From Candidatus Aenigmatarchaeota archaeon (GTDB lineage Archaea; Aenigmatarchaeota; Aenigmatarchaeia; CG10238-14), in assembly GCA_038999265.1 (NCBI GenBank), contig JAWAAR010000002.1, positions 1 through 47,579 on the forward strand: a DNA stretch of 47,579 bases. Reading direction: 5' to 3'. A program made the position numbers and the translations under genes. The notes beneath the pieces were generated by a model. The model saw only the letters and a program-made list of their open reading frames with translations, was not told the DNA's origin and did no database searches. Shown piece after piece: positions 42,893 to 47,579 of this stretch. Each line of letters opens with the position of its first letter. Positions within the stretch are counted from its first letter, which is position 1.

Positions 42893-43585
42893 TCAAGATT
42901 TTCTCTTTAAAACAAAAAAGCCATGATCCCTTTCATAAGGATCGAGAGTAACAAAATCAACAATATGGAAAAATTCTTCTAGCTTCTTTCTCTCTTCCTT
43001 GTAAATATCTTGTGGTTTCTTAGTTACATCTATACTTCTAGACTTTATTGCAATCATTGCAAACCCATTTGGTTTGAGGAAAAATCTTGAATTTCTTATC
43101 AATACTTCAGATTGGTCCTTCACGGCTATGTCAGCATATATCAAATCAACTTCCTCAACCCAAGGAAATTCCTCGGGTTTTCTAGCATCAGCCAAAATTG
43201 GGACAATATTTCCCCTTTTTCTAGATATATCCAATAGTTCTCTCAATACCCTATCTGAAATTTCTATACCATACACTATTCCTTCTCTACCAACTATATC
43301 ACTAAAATGGGATGAAGTTGTACCAGAAGCAACACCTAGATATAGAATTTTCATACCATTTTTAATTGGAAACTGGTGTAATCCTTTATACAGGGCGGCT
43401 GCTGGCTTGCTCCTTTTTGGATCCCATGATCTCATCTCACCCTCTTTTGTTTTTAATAAAAATTCATCGTAAACCTTTTCACCTGGTGTAAGATTCTTTG
43501 TAAATAGTCTATTATCTAACCAAAAAATACCTTCAAAATTCTGTCTTTTAATCTCCTTTCTTTTTTTCTTTGACATTGACATCAA
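42893..43585 (-). CDS. flpA: Fibrillarin (C/D box sRNP 2'-O-methyltransferase)
   Basis: KILYLGVASGTTSSHFSDIVG (SAM-binding motif I), ADARKPE and YADIA. About 230 aa, downstream of nop5. Start uncertain among three ATGs (43585/43582/43576), all of which overlap the nop5 3' end. Confidence 0.9.
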   Translation of the reverse strand: MMSMSKKKRKEIKRQNFEGIFWLDNRLFTKNLTPGEKVYDEFLLKTKEGEMRSWDPKRSKPAAALYKGLHQFPIKNGMKILYLGVASGTTSSHFSDIVGREGIVYGIEISDRVLRELLDISRKRGNIVPILADARKPEEFPWVEEVDLIYADIAVKDQSEVLIRNSRFFLKPNGFAMIAIKSRSIDVTKKPQDIYKEERKKLEEFFHIVDFVTLDPYERDHGFFVLKRKS

Positions 43586-44570
43586 CCAAAGATTCTTTTA
43601 TCTTCTTATCCAATTCTTCTTTCAATCTTTCAGAGGTATCTCCACCACCATAGTAGTCCATTTTTACAGCAATTGATATTTTAGATGCTAATATCCTGGC
43701 TATTTTTCCTCTCTTATCTTGAGGAACTTTCTGAATCTCTGGGTGGGTATATATTATACCATGTTTTGGTGACTGGCCTCTACCTCTAAGGTACCTAAAC
43801 AAAGCCTTCTCTGCACCTATTAATTGTATGGTGGATGAAGGCATCTTTGCCATTTTTTCCAGACCACCAGAAAGGGATATTAATTTTGCGGCCAGTAAAG
43901 GTGTTGCAACCTCAGATAGATTTGGGGCTATTTCTTTCATGCTCCTCTCCACATACTTCTCCATATGTTCCCTTAGTTTGTAAAGATCTCTTATATTCTT
44001 CGCATACTCTTTCATAATTTCCTCATCAATTTCAGAAATATCTATTCCCATGCTATCTTTTGAGATTTTTATATCATCTTTTATTTTATCTCTCGACCCA
44101 TATTCAGCAACAATCCTTACAAACTTTTCATGCTTATCAATATTTTTTTCTAATTCCGGATAGTGGAGACCATACCATTCTCTCAATCTTTCAATGAAAA
44201 TGTTTATTGATTTATCTAGTTCATCAATTGCACTGACAACCTGGATTATCAATTTATCCTTCTTGACATTTTGTTTAATTTTTCTTCTAGAAAATTCAAT
44301 ACCTATTTCTGTCAATAGTTGGTTAAGTTTAATATCTGAATAACCTAAATCCTTGAAAATTTTTCTGAAATTTTTTACACCTATTGATCTCTCAATCTCA
44401 AATCCTTTTTTCTTCAATTCTTCCTCAATTTTTTTTATATTTTCTTCCGGATTTTCCAAGTAATCGACGATCTTCTTTACATCCTTTGGGTATAGAAATC
44501 TTTCTACAACTTTACCATTCTCGTCTATTGCAAAAATACCCAATGCTGTTTGGTTTATGTATGTTTTCAT
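43548..44570 (-). CDS. nop5: Nop5 (Nop56/58 homolog), C/D box sRNP core protein
   Basis: Nop domain LLAAKLISLSGGLEKMAKMPSSTIQLIGAEKALFRYLRGRGQSPKHGIIYTHPEI plus a K/E-rich tail. Classic nop5-flpA gene order. Confidence 0.9.
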   Translation of the reverse strand: MKTYINQTALGIFAIDENGKVVERFLYPKDVKKIVDYLENPEENIKKIEEELKKKGFEIERSIGVKNFRKIFKDLGYSDIKLNQLLTEIGIEFSRRKIKQNVKKDKLIIQVVSAIDELDKSINIFIERLREWYGLHYPELEKNIDKHEKFVRIVAEYGSRDKIKDDIKISKDSMGIDISEIDEEIMKEYAKNIRDLYKLREHMEKYVERSMKEIAPNLSEVATPLLAAKLISLSGGLEKMAKMPSSTIQLIGAEKALFRYLRGRGQSPKHGIIYTHPEIQKVPQDKRGKIARILASKISIAVKMDYYGGGDTSERLKEELDKKIKESLVDVNVKEKKKGD

Positions 44571-44606
44571 CTCTGAATGATTTTATTTGAAAATTGAAAT
44601 AGTTTA

Positions 44607-44837
44607 CTACAATGGCCTTTTGTCTGTTAAAAGATAAAGGTATTGATGGCATTTCACATAAAAATCAAACCACTTTTGTACTTGCTCATGAAGGGTTCTG
44701 TTTCTTTTCCCCGTTATTAATATCACAAACCATTGGATAAAAATACAAAAACAAGCCCAAATGCCCCAGAAAAAAAGTATAAAACTTATTACAAAGACCA
44801 TTGGTATCCTTATAAACAATTCCAATCTTGCACCCAT
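44607..44837 (-). CDS. Small two-helix membrane protein, DUF4389-like
   Basis: FVILITGKRNRTLHEQVQKWFDFYVKCHQYLYLLTDKRP resembles the DUF4389 pattern (..L.TG..P..L..F...Y..R...Y..LLTD.YP). Confidence 0.4.
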   Translation of the reverse strand: MGARLELFIRIPMVFVISFILFFWGIWACFCIFIQWFVILITGKRNRTLHEQVQKWFDFYVKCHQYLYLLTDKRPL

Positions 44838-44849
44838 ATTTTAACCTTT

Positions 44850-45155
44850 CTATTTCTTTTTTACTTGATCATCTTTCAGTAACTTTCTTGTTATCAAAAA
44901 AACAACAAGTGCTATTACTACAAAATTGATTAAAGCTCCTAAAAATGAACCCCACCTTATAACTATAGGCCCAACTGAAAAAGTAGCATCTTTCCAACCA
45001 CCGCCTGGAATAAATGGTGTTATTATTGGCATTATCACATCATTTACAAGAGATTGAACCAATGCTGTTAGGGCTGCACCTATTATAAATGCCACTGCCA
45101 ATCCTATTACTTTATATTCCTTCAGAAATTCCTTGAATTCTTTTAAAAAACTCAT
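44850..45155 (-). CDS. mscL: Large-conductance mechanosensitive channel
   Basis: MSFLKEFKEFLKEYKVIGLAVAFIIGAALTALVQSLVNDVIMPII is the canonical MscL N-terminus/TM1. Second TM helix and basic tail. 101 aa. Confidence 0.85.
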   Translation of the reverse strand: MSFLKEFKEFLKEYKVIGLAVAFIIGAALTALVQSLVNDVIMPIITPFIPGGGWKDATFSVGPIVIRWGSFLGALINFVVIALVVFLITRKLLKDDQVKKK

Positions 45156-45190
45156 AATTATATCATTACTTTCTGTATTTAAATTTCTAA

Positions 45191-45811
45191 TTAGTCTCTC
45201 CTTCTAGAAGAAACAAGAAGTTGAAGTATTCTTATGAATATATTCAGAAAATCAAGATACAAAGCCAAGACCGCGTCGGCTACTTCTTCATCACCATAGT
45301 CCCTTAATATTTTAGACATATCAAAAAGAACAAAACCGAGGAAAACAAGTAAAACAGCAACATCAATAATTGTTGTCATAAGTGGTTGTTTGAGAAAAAT
45401 ATTAACCAAGGATGCGATCATCAATCCAATGAGAGCAAACATAAGGAAAACTCCTATAGATCTAAAATCTTTGTTTGTTATATAAACATAACCCGCAAGT
45501 GATCCAAACACCACAGTAGTTATACCCAATGCCTGAAATATTATTCCTGAACCACCTTCAACTCCGGCCCAAAAAACTATTGGTGCTGTTGTTATTCCAG
45601 ACAAAAACACGAAAATAAAAAGCAACCAAAGAGGAAAACCTCTTTTTCTTTTAATTAAAAAGGTTACTAATAGAATTATGAATTCAGCTATAAGGATGGG
45701 GATAAATAGTATGGGTGGTATGAAGAAACCCACACCAACACCTAATGTGGCTATTAAAAGAGTTAAGAAAAACATTGGAATTACCTTCTTGTTGAAGGTT
45801 TCTTTCTGCAT
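45191..45811 (-). CDS. BAX inhibitor-1/YccA family membrane protein
   Basis: Seven hydrophobic helices and the characteristic C-terminal part LFDMSKILRDYGDEEVADAVLALYLDFLNIFIRILQLL. Confidence 0.8.
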   Translation of the reverse strand: MQKETFNKKVIPMFFLTLLIATLGVGVGFFIPPILFIPILIAEFIILLVTFLIKRKRGFPLWLLFIFVFLSGITTAPIVFWAGVEGGSGIIFQALGITTVVFGSLAGYVYITNKDFRSIGVFLMFALIGLMIASLVNIFLKQPLMTTIIDVAVLLVFLGFVLFDMSKILRDYGDEEVADAVLALYLDFLNIFIRILQLLVSSRRRD

Positions 45812-45860
45812 TTAAAACAACCTCTTTAATTTTATAGAATAGTTTTACAAAAATAAAAAA

Positions 45861-47579
45861 CTAACCCCAATATTTCCTGTTCTTGATAAAAGTTCTTTCC
45901 GCCTCGAGTAAAGTTTTCAAGAAATCTTTTTCATCTTCATACATCCGAGACAAAACTCTCTTGGCAGTTTTCGGTCCAATACCTCTAGTAGCTAATGCCA
46001 TCACAGCTTTTTTTCCATAAACTATTATTAGATCAGAAGTTTGAGATAAACTTTTGTATCTTCTTTCCTCCTCAATGTCCAAAGGCAAACCTCTAATCTT
46101 CTTTTTAATTATATTAACAGAATCTGTTTGCATTCTTCCTGTCAAACCAATTAATTTTGCCTTGCAATTTTGGCATCTTATCTCCTGAGGCAATTCTTTT
46201 ATTAAATAGATCTGGGACCACTCTCCACAATTCAAGCAAACCAATCTAACTATTTTGTTGTTTAATCTATTTGAGAAAATTTCAATTATCTGATTGTCTG
46301 GTTTTCCTGAACCTATTATTTCCGAACCTTCCTGCAACCCGAGTTCTCCCAATGGTGAAATTCCCTTCTTGAATATCAATTTCAACTTCCCTTCTTTTAT
46401 TTTTCTGAGAAAATCACTTGCTAGTTTTAAGTCCAATTTATCTGTGTATATTTCTCTTAATGTCTCCTCCCAGATTGGGGTGCCCGAATATATTTCTATT
46501 ATTCTATTGACCGCAACCTTCCCATATTCAGCATCCCTCCTTATTATCCCAAACCTTTTTGCTATATGGATGAATCTCCATTGAAATATTTTGGACTCAG
46601 AAATGTTTTTTTCAAGATAGAAATTTAGTTGATTAGGTTTTGAATTAAGTATAATTTCAGATAGTAATTTTTGGTTTATGTTTTTTGTTTCAAGGATTAT
46701 CCTGTAGGGGTCTGTCTTTAGTCTGACCGCACCTATTTTTTCAGAAAGTATTGAAGACAAAAATCTTCCTATTGTCTCATTTCCCTTTGTTCCAATGCAT
46801 GTGTGTATTATTGTTGTTTCACCCTGCATTTCAATTAATATTATTTTATCAGTAGGCACAACTCCAAATTTCTTTTGATTTTTTATTATTTCAACCATCC
46901 TTTTTGCACAAGAATCATCTACCGGATATCTTCTCATCAAATCATTTATATCCGGATTTATTGCCAAATCATTCCTCAATCTTCCAACCTCCTGAGCAAC
47001 TTCATATGGCACAGGCATCAAATCTCCTTCCCACCCAGGTATCTCAGCTTCCAATTCTCCCGAAGGTTCCACAAATATCTTATTTCTATCAACACTGACT
47101 ATTTTCCAAATTTCACCCTTCATTACAAAAACTGCCCCAGGTGTCCCATGAATAGCAACAAATTCCTCATCTAATGTCCCAACTTTTTGGTCCGAAATAA
47201 TATTAATCACTGTATAGTTTTTTGTGTCTGGTATCGTGCTGAGGTTATTGAAATAGTATAACAAACCTTTTTTTGAAGGCTTGATTTTTTCATCCAGAAA
47301 AAGATATCTGTTAATGTTCAATATATTCAAAACTTCCAGAAATTTTTCTTTTGTTAGATTTCTGTAAGGATATGCCTTTTTTATGATTTGAAAGATTTCA
47401 TCCTGGTTTAAACTTGGATTATCCCTTGTTATTCCGACTATTTGGTTTGCCAATACATCGAGTGCTTCCTCGTGACTCTCCAAGGGTTCTATCTCTCCAG
47501 AAAGGGCCTGCCTGGCTATTACTGCAGATTCAAATATATCATCCAAATCTGTAGTTATAATAACCCCCTCAGATTTTTT
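45861..47579 (-). CDS. Lhr-type large DEAD/DEAH helicase, C-terminal (DEAD_assoc) portion; the 5' end lies beyond the window
   Basis: The frame stays open from the track start (TTG 47546) to the window edge (KKSEGVIITTDLDDIFESAVIARQAL...). The region resembles the Lhr post-helicase domain and has a late C-x-x-C ... C-x-x-C zinc ribbon (CLNCGEW...CQNCKAKL) and RGIGPKTAKRVL. Family call by resemblance only. Confidence 0.65.
   Translation of the reverse strand, partial: KKSEGVIITTDLDDIFESAVIARQALSGEIEPLESHEEALDVLANQIVGITRDNPSLNQDEIFQIIKKAYPYRNLTKEKFLEVLNILNINRYLFLDEKIKPSKKGLLYYFNNLSTIPDTKNYTVINIISDQKVGTLDEEFVAIHGTPGAVFVMKGEIWKIVSVDRNKIFVEPSGELEAEIPGWEGDLMPVPYEVAQEVGRLRNDLAINPDINDLMRRYPVDDSCAKRMVEIIKNQKKFGVVPTDKIILIEMQGETTIIHTCIGTKGNETIGRFLSSILSEKIGAVRLKTDPYRIILETKNINQKLLSEIILNSKPNQLNFYLEKNISESKIFQWRFIHIAKRFGIIRRDAEYGKVAVNRIIEIYSGTPIWEETLREIYTDKLDLKLASDFLRKIKEGKLKLIFKKGISPLGELGLQEGSEIIGSGKPDNQIIEIFSNRLNNKIVRLVCLNCGEWSQIYLIKELPQEIRCQNCKAKLIGLTGRMQTDSVNIIKKKIRGLPLDIEEERRYKSLSQTSDLIIVYGKKAVMALATRGIGPKTAKRVLSRMYEDEKDFLKTLLEAERTFIKNRKYWG

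Noticed and set aside
1-47579. CRISPR arrays, tRNA/rRNA genes, transposases, integrases or prophage hallmarks that might mark the accessory blocks as mobile islands
   Set aside because: I saw no regularly spaced direct repeats, no cloverleaf-compatible GC-rich segments with a GGTTCRAATCC-like T-arm, and no recognisable recombinase motifs. Housekeeping genes are interleaved with the accessory blocks. This scan by eye cannot exclude small or degenerate elements.

Overview
This is an AT-rich (about one-third G+C by eye), densely coded segment of an archaeal chromosome. Archaeal identity rests on a nop5-fibrillarin pair, RtcA, an aCPSF2-type beta-CASP nuclease, an Lhr-type helicase tail, and an RNase P RNA whose P1/P2/P3/P4 pairings I traced by hand. 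A small-genome, DPANN-like lineage is only an inference. Housekeeping and transport genes (two ABC systems, MgtC, MscL, BI-1, patatin, a circularly permuted GTPase, an HD hydrolase) are interleaved with two accessory blocks. (i) 4.0-14.1 kb holds a run of secreted or anchored surface proteins with Thr-rich stalks, GYG repeats, TSP3/CARDB/beta-helix modules and a recurring P-x-[TS]-G-F motif ahead of the anchor. (ii) 22.9-36.8 kb is a type-IV-pilus-like locus and the best candidate for an undescribed system. It has one FlaJ/TadC-like polytopic platform gene followed by about 13 genes whose products start with an ultra-short class III (prepilin-type) leader, mostly M-K-G, plus a hydrophobic helix. 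Two of these carry Cys-rich C-terminal HExxH zinc-protease domains and one carries a vWA/MIDAS domain. Each protease gene is followed by a paralogous small anchored partner, in an inverted-duplicate layout. No assembly ATPase or prepilin peptidase is visible in the window. A third item is a three-gene overlapping operon: an ATP-grasp ligase plus two paralogous PP-loop-like proteins sharing a C-x-x-C-S-K-C-A-R motif. I recognised no CRISPR array, tRNA, rRNA, transposase or integrase. All functional calls come from motif recognition by eye; no database search or folding program was available.
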